From: Chlorobiota bacterium
GTDB lineage: Bacteria; Bacteroidota; Ignavibacteria; Kapaibacteriales; NICIL-2
Reading direction: 5' to 3'
DNA length: 64,000 nt
Assembly: GCA_026415505.1 (NCBI GenBank)
Contig: JAOAGY010000032.1
Location: 294,159 to 358,158 of the forward strand
Under the pieces are notes generated by a model that saw nothing but the letters and a program-made list of their open reading frames with translations, searched no databases and was not told where the DNA came from. Both the position numbers and the translations under genes were made by a program. The first letter of the stretch is position 1. Every line of letters starts with the position of its first letter. Shown here in pieces: positions 27,718 through 41,327 of the stretch.

Positions 27718-29173
27718 CGGCGGCGACTTCTTGTGCAACCATTTTCCCGCCGAGAACGACCATCGGCAGTCCTGTTCCCGGTGTCGTGCTGGCGCCGACG
27801 TAGTACAGCCCTGCGATGCGTGGATCACGATTCGGCGGACGTAGCGGACCGATGTTCCAAAGCGTGTGCGACAGCCCAAATGCCGAACCATCGTACAAGC
27901 CGAATTCTGCTTGCCATTCGAGCGGTGTCCAGACATGTTCGACGGCAATATCGCTCGGCGACAGTTCCACACCGTGGAGCCGGAGTCTTTGCAACACTTC
28001 GTTGCGTGCACGGTCGGTCGCTCGCTGCCAATCGAAGCTGTTGCCCGCACCGCTGAGTGTTGGCGACGGTACGAGGACGAACATCGTGCTGCATCCGGTC
28101 GGTGCGGCACTGCTATCGGTTCGCGATGGCATGCAGACGTAAAACGGCAAATCCTCCGGCAGTCTGGAACGAAGCTGACGATAGGCAGTGCGCGGATCGT
28201 CGGGCAAAAAGATGCAGTGATGATGCAAACACTCGACGACACGGCTGATGCCCCAGTAGAACGTGATCACGCCCGGTGTCATCGTCCAGCGGCGCCGCAC
28301 GGGGCGCGTGCCTTGTACCATCTGCTGCGTCGTCGGCACGTCCACGTTCGACACGATCGCATCGGCTGTAACGGTGGTGCCATCGTCGAGCTGTACCGCC
28401 TGCGCACGACCGTTTGTCACGACGATCGAACGCACAGGACGCTTGCAGAAAATGCGGACACCGATTTCTTCCGCTCTGCGGCGGATTGCTTCGACCAGCG
28501 CATAAATGCCACCGCGCGGATACCACAAGCCGTAGTACAGCTCTCCGAACGGCAGTATGCTGAACGTTCCCGGCAAGCTGTACGGCGATCCACCCAAGTA
28601 CATCGCATACGAACCGAGCGCTGCACGAATGCGGTCGGAACGGAAAAACCGTGCTAACTCCGCATCGAGCGAACGATGCAAGCCGAGTCGCAGCAACGGG
28701 CGTTTCGGCGCCGGTCCGATCCATGCGGCGATCGTGCGGGCATTCGACAAAACCAAGTGATCGAAGAGAAAGCGAAAGCGCTCGGCGTTGGTGGCAAGAA
28801 AAGCTGCGAGCTTGGCGTGAGCTGTCGGTTCGAACTGTTCGAACTGGTGCGCCAAGCGCTCGAAGTCCGAACCGAGCTGCAATCTGCTCCCGTCACGCCA
28901 GTAGAACTCGACCGATGGATCGAGCGGCAGAAGTTCGACGTAGTCCCGCAACGCCGCACCCGCAGCGGCAAAGAGCTGTTCGAACACCCACGGATAGTTG
29001 ATGAGCGACGGTCCCGTATCGAAGCGAAATTCGTCGCGCTCGATGCGATTGGCACGACCGCCGACTTGCGTGTTCTTTTCGTACACGTCGACATCGAAGC
29101 CCATCGCGCGAAGATGGATCGCAGCACTCAATCCGCCCAGTCCTGCGCCGACGATGACGACATGCTTGCTCAT
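27695..29173 (-). CDS. crtI: Phytoene desaturase
   Basis: FAD-binding N-terminus MSKHVVIVGAGLGGLSAAIHL. GPSL motif. About 492 aa. ATGA overlap with the crtB stop. Confidence 0.85.
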   Translation of the reverse strand: MSKHVVIVGAGLGGLSAAIHLRAMGFDVDVYEKNTQVGGRANRIERDEFRFDTGPSLINYPWVFEQLFAAAGAALRDYVELLPLDPSVEFYWRDGSRLQLGSDFERLAHQFEQFEPTAHAKLAAFLATNAERFRFLFDHLVLSNARTIAAWIGPAPKRPLLRLGLHRSLDAELARFFRSDRIRAALGSYAMYLGGSPYSLPGTFSILPFGELYYGLWYPRGGIYALVEAIRRRAEEIGVRIFCKRPVRSIVVTNGRAQAVQLDDGTTVTADAIVSNVDVPTTQQMVQGTRPVRRRWTMTPGVITFYWGISRVVECLHHHCIFLPDDPRTAYRQLRSRLPEDLPFYVCMPSRTDSSAAPTGCSTMFVLVPSPTLSGAGNSFDWQRATDRARNEVLQRLRLHGVELSPSDIAVEHVWTPLEWQAEFGLYDGSAFGLSHTLWNIGPLRPPNRDPRIAGLYYVGASTTPGTGLPMVVLGGKMVAQEVAADARRRVR

Positions 29174-30222
29174 TTGCCGTACTCGGGAGTGATCAGCGAT
29201 AGCGGCACGACCCAATACTTCGATGGCGGCAGACATGCGAACTTTCGCCTCCACGGTACACTCGCGCGTCGCTGGGGATCGCGTTGGTGTTCGAGCATCG
29301 TCGTCAGCTCGCCGTACACCGCGATGCATGCCGAAATAGCCGGTACGCACGACGGATCGAACGCGTCGAGATGCTTTTGCGCATCGCGGTAGTAGTCCCA
29401 CGCGATTTGTGCGTACCTGCCGATGACGTAATCGGTCGCACGCCGATCGGTGCCCGCGAGAAACTCGTCGTATGCCACACCGGCTTCGCGGAGCAACTGC
29501 TGCGGAACGTAACAGCGTCGCCGATGGTGATCCTCTCGGAAGTCGCGAAGGAAGTTCGTCAGTTGCAATGCGATTCCCAGCGAGCGCGCGGACTGAAGCG
29601 CCTCGGTAATCGAACGTCCCGGCGCAGTGCCGTAAACGTAGGTCAAAAAGTAGCCGACGACAATCGCACTGCCATAGACGTAGCCTTCGATGAGGTCATC
29701 GAACGTTTCGAACGGCATCGGAGCAATGTCGAATTCCATGGCATCGAGGAACGCGTGATAATGCTCGGCGGGAATGCCGTTGCGACGCACGACATCGGCG
29801 AATCCTGCGACGATCGGATGGCAACCTGCACGCACGCTTTCCACCAACGACGCGCACGCGATCGCTCGGTCGTAGTCGCCGCGCCACCGACGGAGAACGC
29901 GACGCTTGTCGCCATCCTGCAACGGAAAGGTATCGACCACTTCGTCCGGATAGCGCACCGCAGCGTAGATCGTTTCGACGTCGCGGCGCTTGGCACGCGG
30001 CAGAAAGCGTGTGACAATGAAAAAACTCGTGCTGTAGCGACGCAACACACGCCACGCCGCATCGGCAATGATGCGGCGTGCTTCGTCGTCGGTCGCGGCA
30101 CGATTGCAGCGCTCGATGAGCCGCTCGGAAAATCGTTGCCACTGTCGGAGCGACCAACTGGCTGATGGCACAGGCACACGTTCATCGGTTCGACCGCTGC
30201 TGCAAACGCAGCGAGCAGTCAT
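29170..30222 (-). CDS. crtB: Phytoene synthase (squalene/phytoene synthase family)
   Basis: 350 aa. Isoprenoid-synthase fold with aspartate-rich regions (…YAAVRYPDEVVD…, …FLRDFREDHHRRRCYVP…). Head of the carotenoid gene string. Confidence 0.85.
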   Translation of the reverse strand: MTARCVCSSGRTDERVPVPSASWSLRQWQRFSERLIERCNRAATDDEARRIIADAAWRVLRRYSTSFFIVTRFLPRAKRRDVETIYAAVRYPDEVVDTFPLQDGDKRRVLRRWRGDYDRAIACASLVESVRAGCHPIVAGFADVVRRNGIPAEHYHAFLDAMEFDIAPMPFETFDDLIEGYVYGSAIVVGYFLTYVYGTAPGRSITEALQSARSLGIALQLTNFLRDFREDHHRRRCYVPQQLLREAGVAYDEFLAGTDRRATDYVIGRYAQIAWDYYRDAQKHLDAFDPSCVPAISACIAVYGELTTMLEHQRDPQRRASVPWRRKFACLPPSKYWVVPLSLITPEYGK

Positions 30223-30231
30223 CGAGTTCCC

Positions 30232-35405
<5,174 letters not shown>

Positions 35406-35410
35406 TCACT

Positions 35411-35908
35411 ATGCACGAAGCGACACTCGTCGTCGCGGGCGGAAGCATTCCACGCGCGGAACGATACGCAGCGATCCTCCGAGCAGTCGAGCATCTGGTA
35501 CCGTCCGGCACCGATCGTATCGCAGCGATGGCAAACGTCGCGAGCCTGCTCTACCACAGCATGCCGAACCTCAATTGGTGCGGTTTTTATCGCACGTTCG
35601 GCGATCGCCTCGTGGTCGGACCGTTTCACGGAAAGCCTGCCTGCATCGAGATACCGATCGGACGGGGCGTGTGCGGACGTGCAGCCCTGCTCCGGCGAGC
35701 GATCGTCGTCGAAGACGTCACGACGTTCCCCGACCACATTGCATGCGATCCGCAATCGCGTTCGGAGATCGTTGTGCCTCTCGTCGAAGGCGATGCGGTG
35801 ATCGGTGTGCTCGATCTCGATTCACCGATCGCTGGGCGATTCGACGACGAAGACGCCGAGTTTCTCGGTCGCATCGCTGCAACGATAGTCGAACGTACCG
35901 GCTCATGA
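35411..35908 (+). CDS. GAF domain protein (free methionine-R-sulfoxide reductase / YebR-like)
   Basis: 165 aa. GAF-like core (…WCGFYRTFGDRLVVGPFHGKPACIEIPIGRGVCG…). Confidence 0.7.
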   Translation: MHEATLVVAGGSIPRAERYAAILRAVEHLVPSGTDRIAAMANVASLLYHSMPNLNWCGFYRTFGDRLVVGPFHGKPACIEIPIGRGVCGRAALLRRAIVVEDVTTFPDHIACDPQSRSEIVVPLVEGDAVIGVLDLDSPIAGRFDDEDAEFLGRIAATIVERTGS

Positions 35909-35911
35909 GCG

Positions 35912-37570
35912 ATGGTCCTGCGGGTGCTCGTGTGTGTTGCAACGTGTGCGGCTACTGTCGTTGCGCAGGTGGTCATCAACGAAATGCAGCCGGTGCCACC
36001 GACCGGCGAACCGGAGTGGGTCGAGCTGTACAATCCCAGCGATAGCGACGTCACTCTGACGAACCTTTACCTCTACGATCGTACCTCGCGCGCATCGCTT
36101 GCGGGCGTGACAGTGCCGGCGCGAGGTTTTGCCGTGCTCACACGCGATACGGACGATTTGAAGCTCCTGCGCCGGATTCCACCCATCGCTCGGTTGTACC
36201 AAGTGACTCTGCCCTCGCTCAACAACACGACCGAGAGTTTGTTCATTGCCACACGGGACACGGTCGTGCTCGATTCGGTCTATTACGACATGCGTTGGGG
36301 CGTTCGTGGGCGAACGCTCGAGCGCATCGAGGCGCAACGCCCAGGTTACCTTCGAGACAACATCGCCGCGTGTATCGCTCCGGATTCGGCAACGTGTGGC
36401 TACGACAATTCGGTCAGTCTCGTCGAGCGCGACATGCGGGTACAGTCGGTGCGCGTGGATTCGGCACTCGTCGTCACTGTCCGAGTCGCAAATCGCGGGC
36501 GCACAGCACTTGCAGCGTTCGACGTTCGACTGCAACTGCGACGCCCGCGGTCTGCCGACTGGATCGAAGTGGGACAAATGTCGTTCGAGCAACTTCCACC
36601 TGCAGCGACATCCGAACGAAGCGTTGCACTTTCGAGCTTTCCGGCATTTGCGCATGCCGGCTACGGGCAGTACCTGCTCCGAGCACTTGCTGACCTCGGC
36701 GACGACCGTGCATGGAACGACACCGCTGAAACGCTCATGTTCATTCCGCTGCCGCGCGGAAGCATCGCCATCAACGAGATCATGTACGATCCTCTCGACA
36801 GTCGGAGCGAATACGTAGAGCTTGCCAATGTCACCGACGACACACTCGACATCGGCGGTTTGTCGGTGGGCGATGCAGTGCCGCCGAAATCGGTTTTGCC
36901 GAATTTGAGATTACTTCCTGGTGGATTTGCTGTCGTCGCACTCGACACCGGCATCTGGAACACGTTCCCTGAACTCCGGGGCGACGATCGCTGCATCGTC
37001 ATCAACGCTTCGTGGACGCTCGGCAATTCAGGCGATGCCGTCGTGATAGCCAATCCTGGCGGTAGCATTCTCGACTCGCTTGCCTACGAGTCGTCGTGGC
37101 ATTTCTGGGGCATCAAAGACACCAAGGGACGGTCGCTCGAGAAACTGCGTCCCGATCTTCCGTCTGCCGATTCGCGAGCATGGAGTACTTCGACCGATCG
37201 ACGAGGCGGAACACCTGCGGCACCGAACAGCATCGTTCCGCGCGACACCTCACGTGCAGAGCTATCGGCGACACCGAATCCGTTTTCACCATGGAGTACC
37301 GATCAGCGACTACTGCAAACGACAATCACATACCGTTTGCCGTGGTCCAGCGCACGTGTGACGCTGCGGATTTTCGATGCCGAAGGGCTTCCGGTTCGCC
37401 AGCTCGCCAATGGGCAGTACTCGGGCAGCGATGGGGTCGTGCTCTGGGATGGACGCAACGATGCTGGCTTTGCGGTCGGTGCAGGAGTTTATGTGCTGCT
37501 GCTCGAAGCGACCGATGCACGCTCGAGCGAAAGCATCCGTCAGACCATACCGATCGTCGTGGGACGGTGA
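35912..37570 (+). CDS. Secreted protein with two lamin-tail (LTD) domains and a T9SS/FlgD-Ig-like C-terminal sorting domain
   Basis: Signal peptide MVLRVLVCVATCAATVVAQ. LTD signatures VVINEMQP...PEWVELYN and IAINEIMYDP...EYVELAN. C-terminus ...GQYSGSDGVVLWDGRNDAGFAVGAGVYVLLLEA... is typical of the T9SS type-A sorting domain. Confidence 0.65.
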   Translation: MVLRVLVCVATCAATVVAQVVINEMQPVPPTGEPEWVELYNPSDSDVTLTNLYLYDRTSRASLAGVTVPARGFAVLTRDTDDLKLLRRIPPIARLYQVTLPSLNNTTESLFIATRDTVVLDSVYYDMRWGVRGRTLERIEAQRPGYLRDNIAACIAPDSATCGYDNSVSLVERDMRVQSVRVDSALVVTVRVANRGRTALAAFDVRLQLRRPRSADWIEVGQMSFEQLPPAATSERSVALSSFPAFAHAGYGQYLLRALADLGDDRAWNDTAETLMFIPLPRGSIAINEIMYDPLDSRSEYVELANVTDDTLDIGGLSVGDAVPPKSVLPNLRLLPGGFAVVALDTGIWNTFPELRGDDRCIVINASWTLGNSGDAVVIANPGGSILDSLAYESSWHFWGIKDTKGRSLEKLRPDLPSADSRAWSTSTDRRGGTPAAPNSIVPRDTSRAELSATPNPFSPWSTDQRLLQTTITYRLPWSSARVTLRIFDAEGLPVRQLANGQYSGSDGVVLWDGRNDAGFAVGAGVYVLLLEATDARSSESIRQTIPIVVGR

Positions 37571-37571
37571 A

Positions 37572-39908
37572 TCAACGCCCCGGGAGAACGATCAACGGAT
37601 ACGTAACAGTACGATTGCCGCTGGACCGAATCACGAGCATGTAAAAACCAGCGGCAACATCGCTCATATCGAGGGTCGTTCGCCCGATGCAGTCGTAGCG
37701 ACCAACGACACTACCCGTTACCGAATACAGTACCGCTTCGACTGCATCTGTAGTGGGCAGCCGAAGTTCCGACTCGACGACAAGTCCATAACTGGCTTTC
37801 GTCGCTTTTGCTTCCTCTTCGACACGAGAGATACCGGTTATTTCGATGCGAAGTATTACACCGTAATCGTCACTGCACCAAATCGTGCCGTCGGGCGATT
37901 TGTCGCAACTTATCCTACTCAGTGGCACACCTCTGGGTCGAGGTACAGGATACCAGCTCTTGCCACCATCGCCAGTGTAGATGAAACCAGAAGCGACATA
38001 GCCTGCCGACAGGGTGTTGATCCGTGGTGCCATTATCACACACCGAGAGGCATCTGCAAGTGTCAAACTGTATTGCTGCGCAGTCGGAATGTAGAGCCAG
38101 AATCCCACTAACTGGCGTGACCATGTCCATCCGCCGTCCGTAGTCAATAAAAGCCACAATTGGAGCGTATCGGGATTGTAAACCTGACGACGGATGCAGA
38201 CACCTATGACTTTGTCCGATACGGCATCGAAGGCAACTACTGTTTCATTTTTTTCATTTTCATTGTACGACAATGGAATTGTCGTCAGCTTACGCCACGT
38301 GATCCCGGAATCAACCGAAGAGTAAATGACGCCGCTTGCCTCGTCGGTACATAAAAGGGTATTGCCTGCACGCACGATACGCAGAGGAGCGAGTATCTCC
38401 AAAGTATCGTGTCGGCGCCACGATTGTCCTCCATCAGTGGAAATCCAGTAGTAAAATGATTTCGGTGAGCTACCACCATACGCACCAACACCGATGATGA
38501 CTCCAGGCGAAGCACTCAGGAGTTGTGTCAATATCCCCATATCGCTCGGTGGATCGGGAAGTGGTTGCCATGACTTTCCTCCGTCGCTGGTTCGGAAAAA
38601 CCGCATCGTCGGCGATACGCCACGGTGCTGGTAGAAAATACCGTTGGAGCGATCGGTGAATACAACGATCGTTGACCTGGCAACTGTATCGATCGGTATG
38701 CTTTGGAACCATGTCGTTCCTCTATCGTCGGTTTTCAATGCTACTGAGCCTAATCCCCACGCGACCACTGTACTATCGTCTATCGCTTGAATGCCGGTCA
38801 ACGTTTCTGTGCTGGGGATCACTTTTTCCCATGCGTTGCCGGGGCGTTTTCGGTAAACGCTTCCACGCTGTGTCGCAAACCACAACGTACCGTCCTTCCC
38901 TGCCGTCGCATGATACGCAATCGATCCAGTTGCTCTCCAGGTATAATCAATGAGTGCATTGGGGAGCCATTCGGGGAACCAAGTTTTTCCGCCATCAGTG
39001 GTCGTCATTACCGGTGGTGTTGTGTTTTGGTATCCACCGAAGAAATTCGCACCGCTGACAAAACCACGAGCCGAATCCAACCAGATGATGTTCTGCTTGT
39101 AGCAGTAGGGATATTCCTCTCCGAATTCAGCGATCAAGTCCCACGATCGTCCCCGATCGGTACTACGAAGCAAGGCTCCTCCCTCGGCATACCAAATGCT
39201 ACTATCCGAACTCTGGAAGAAGCGCTGCAGCATAAAGTCGTACATGCTGAATTGTGGTATTCGACGCGGTGGAGTCAGTGCTTGTTGCCACGTATCTCCT
39301 CCGTCACTGGTGAAGTAGATCCGATAGGTCGAATCCATCGGACTGAGGAGAACAACACCTTCTTGTCGTGAGAAAAAATGGAGGATAATCGGTCTTGTTC
39401 CGAGAGTACTGCGGGTGATCGTTTGCCAGCTTTTTCCTCGATCGGACGAGTGGAAAAGCAAGAATCCATCATTTTCTCCCTGAGCCGCAGCGAACCAGTT
39501 CTCTGAATCGAGAGCAAACAACGCAGTTACTTCTGTTGCACTATCGATGGTCATCGGACCGACGATCGAATCGCCGCGGAGCAACCAGACTCTCCTCGGG
39601 TACGAAGCAATGATCGTATCGTATGTACTTGTACCTATACCTTGAACATTATAGAACAATCCTCCGAGAGTGTCGGGATAAGAGAATCGCAATCGCACCC
39701 ACGTTTTCCCGCCATCGGTCGTGCGGAACGCATCGTTGCACAGTGATAGGACATTTAGTGAATCGCGCGCTAAAATCGGACCTCCGGTGTTGCCAGGGAA
39801 TGGCGGATTGACACGTTCTACTCTGATATCCGATCCCTGCGCAAGCAAAAGTGCCGCCCCAAACGCTGCTGCAACAGCGATACATAGTGGCATCCGAAAC
39901 AGCAGCAT
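37572..39908 (-). CDS. BNR/Asp-box repeat protein (about 14 repeats, probably two beta-propellers, GH74/sortilin-like) with a T9SS C-terminal sorting domain, in a low-GC island
   Basis: 778 aa. Signal peptide. Repeated S/T-x-D-G-G-x-T/S-W motifs (TDGGKTW, SDRGKSW, TDGGDTW, ...). C-terminal sorting domain (…GFYMLVIRSSGNRTVTYPLIVLPGR). GC is visibly lower than in neighbouring genes. Confidence 0.75.
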   Translation of the reverse strand: MLLFRMPLCIAVAAAFGAALLLAQGSDIRVERVNPPFPGNTGGPILARDSLNVLSLCNDAFRTTDGGKTWVRLRFSYPDTLGGLFYNVQGIGTSTYDTIIASYPRRVWLLRGDSIVGPMTIDSATEVTALFALDSENWFAAAQGENDGFLLFHSSDRGKSWQTITRSTLGTRPIILHFFSRQEGVVLLSPMDSTYRIYFTSDGGDTWQQALTPPRRIPQFSMYDFMLQRFFQSSDSSIWYAEGGALLRSTDRGRSWDLIAEFGEEYPYCYKQNIIWLDSARGFVSGANFFGGYQNTTPPVMTTTDGGKTWFPEWLPNALIDYTWRATGSIAYHATAGKDGTLWFATQRGSVYRKRPGNAWEKVIPSTETLTGIQAIDDSTVVAWGLGSVALKTDDRGTTWFQSIPIDTVARSTIVVFTDRSNGIFYQHRGVSPTMRFFRTSDGGKSWQPLPDPPSDMGILTQLLSASPGVIIGVGAYGGSSPKSFYYWISTDGGQSWRRHDTLEILAPLRIVRAGNTLLCTDEASGVIYSSVDSGITWRKLTTIPLSYNENEKNETVVAFDAVSDKVIGVCIRRQVYNPDTLQLWLLLTTDGGWTWSRQLVGFWLYIPTAQQYSLTLADASRCVIMAPRINTLSAGYVASGFIYTGDGGKSWYPVPRPRGVPLSRISCDKSPDGTIWCSDDYGVILRIEITGISRVEEEAKATKASYGLVVESELRLPTTDAVEAVLYSVTGSVVGRYDCIGRTTLDMSDVAAGFYMLVIRSSGNRTVTYPLIVLPGR

Positions 39909-39912
39909 AGTC

Positions 39913-40503
39913 TCAATTACAAACGACTCGACATTCAGGGTTCGGGTCGCAGTTGTACGTGCTACCAGGCTGGCATTGGCTTAACTGTCGACCAAACTTT
40001 TGTACTCTACGGCGTCCGTTTTCATAACAGACACGCCAATTCTGAATACAACACGTACCAGTCGGACACGGTAAATCGACTGGACCTTGCATAAAAGGAA
40101 CATCGTTACAGCGAGCAAAGCATGTCGAAAAACGCACTGTGATCGACCAATCGCATGAGTCCTGTGGTATTTTTTGACACGTATCCAACGGCAGAGGAGC
40201 ATCGGTCAGCAGAGACTGTACGATAATATCGTAGAGATCAGGTGTAAGTGGCGGAGGATTGCAACCTGTGCCAAGATATTGCACTGCATCGATTGCAATC
40301 ACCGAGCAGTCCAGTTGACCGTTGCAGATGAGTATTGAGAATGCAACTCGCAGTGTACATGGAGGTGCGATGATCATGTTCTCGTAGGTACTGTATTGCA
40401 TCCACATGCAACTATCGGGTGGCGGGCATGGTGCTTGCGCTTGGGCGAGCAACGGAGAAAGTACAAGCGCGAAGAGAAACTGTAATCGTCCGAGTAGTTT
40501 CAT
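39913..40503 (-). CDS. Secreted cysteine-rich protein (18 Cys in about 172 mature residues), no recognised family
   Basis: 196 aa. Signal peptide MKLLGRLQFLFALVLSPLLAQAQA. Cys and Pro rich. A strong AGGAGG Shine-Dalgarno sequence lies 9 nt upstream. Low GC. Lies 5 nt upstream of the BNR gene on the same strand. Confidence 0.6.
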   Translation of the reverse strand: MKLLGRLQFLFALVLSPLLAQAQAPCPPPDSCMWMQYSTYENMIIAPPCTLRVAFSILICNGQLDCSVIAIDAVQYLGTGCNPPPLTPDLYDIIVQSLLTDAPLPLDTCQKIPQDSCDWSITVRFSTCFARCNDVPFMQGPVDLPCPTGTCCIQNWRVCYENGRRRVQKFGRQLSQCQPGSTYNCDPNPECRVVCN

Positions 40504-40512
40504 CAGCTTTTT

Positions 40513-40552
40513 CCTCCTCAGGTAGTTTTACGTGCTGACACTTGTAAATATA
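40513..40552 (-). promoter_or_regulatory. Ribosome-binding site (GAGGAGG, 40513-40519) and an upstream AT-rich -10/-7-like element (TATATTT, 40546-40552) for the island operon
   Basis: Read on the minus strand: ...TATGCGTATATTTACAAGTG...CCTGAGGAGGAAAAAGCTGATG. A consensus Shine-Dalgarno sequence is unusual relative to other gene starts in this window. Confidence 0.35.
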
Positions 40553-40561
40553 CGCATAGTT

Positions 40562-40601
40562 TTCGTAAAAACCATAACGCATCTAACAGCACAATGCGCA
40601 G
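40562..40601 (-). terminator. Possible weak intrinsic terminator downstream of ribE
   Basis: Minus-strand GCGCATtgtgctgttagATGCGT followed by TATGGTTTTTAC. The imperfect 5-6 bp stem is followed by a T-run. Weak. Confidence 0.2.
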
Positions 40602-40694
40602 GCACAGTGAAAGCTTCAACATACGTTGCGAAAGTGCCCCGTGTAGCTGTTTGGCAGTATCGATTGGAAAAATGTTCCGTCGAGAACTCTTGTC

Positions 40695-41285
40695 TCACCT
40701 CGCCCGCAGCAATCCTTCGACGTATTTGGCGATGATGTCGAATTCGAGATTGACATCGTCGCCGACATGGCGGAACTGCAGCGTTGTCTGCTGCCACGTA
40801 TGCGGAATAATTGCAACCATGAAGCGATTGCTGTCGGCTCGCGCAACTGTCAGACTGATGCCATCGAGCGCGATCGAACCGAGTGGCACGACGTAGCGCA
40901 TTTTTTCTGACGGACATTCGACCCACACCTGCCGTTCTGTGCCCGAGTGTTCCAGCATGACGATACGCCCGATCGCTTCGACATGCCCGGTGACGATGTG
41001 CCCGCCGAGTCGTGTCGTCGGTCGCACGGCACGTTCGAGATTGACGCCATCGCCGACAGCAAGCCGACCGAGCGTCGTTTTGCGCAGCGTTTCTTCGACG
41101 GCGATCACACGGAACCAATCGCTGCCCCGCTCGACGACCGTTTGACACACGCCTTGCACCGCGATCGAATCGCCGATTGCAAGATCGTCCAACACTTTCG
41201 ATGCCCCGATTGTCAGCCGCCGAGAGCCGCTGCTATCGGCGATATCTCGAATGGTGCCGATTTCCTCGATCAATCCGGTAAACAT
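40695..41285 (-). CDS. ribE: Riboflavin synthase (alpha chain)
   Basis: 196 aa from MFTGLIEEIGTI. Two lumazine-binding repeats (…GDSIAVQGVCQTV…, …GSIALDGISLTV…). Confidence 0.85.
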   Translation of the reverse strand: MFTGLIEEIGTIRDIADSSGSRRLTIGASKVLDDLAIGDSIAVQGVCQTVVERGSDWFRVIAVEETLRKTTLGRLAVGDGVNLERAVRPTTRLGGHIVTGHVEAIGRIVMLEHSGTERQVWVECPSEKMRYVVPLGSIALDGISLTVARADSNRFMVAIIPHTWQQTTLQFRHVGDDVNLEFDIIAKYVEGLLRAR

Positions 41286-41327
41286 TGTGCGGTGTAATTT
41301 GGGCGTTGAACATACGCAGCCGTACCG

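Noticed and set aside
37572-40560. Low-GC island as a prophage or integrative element
   Set aside because: No integrase, transposase, tRNA, phage structural gene or obvious flanking direct repeats were found. There are only two secreted-protein genes. It is better described as a small horizontally acquired cassette.
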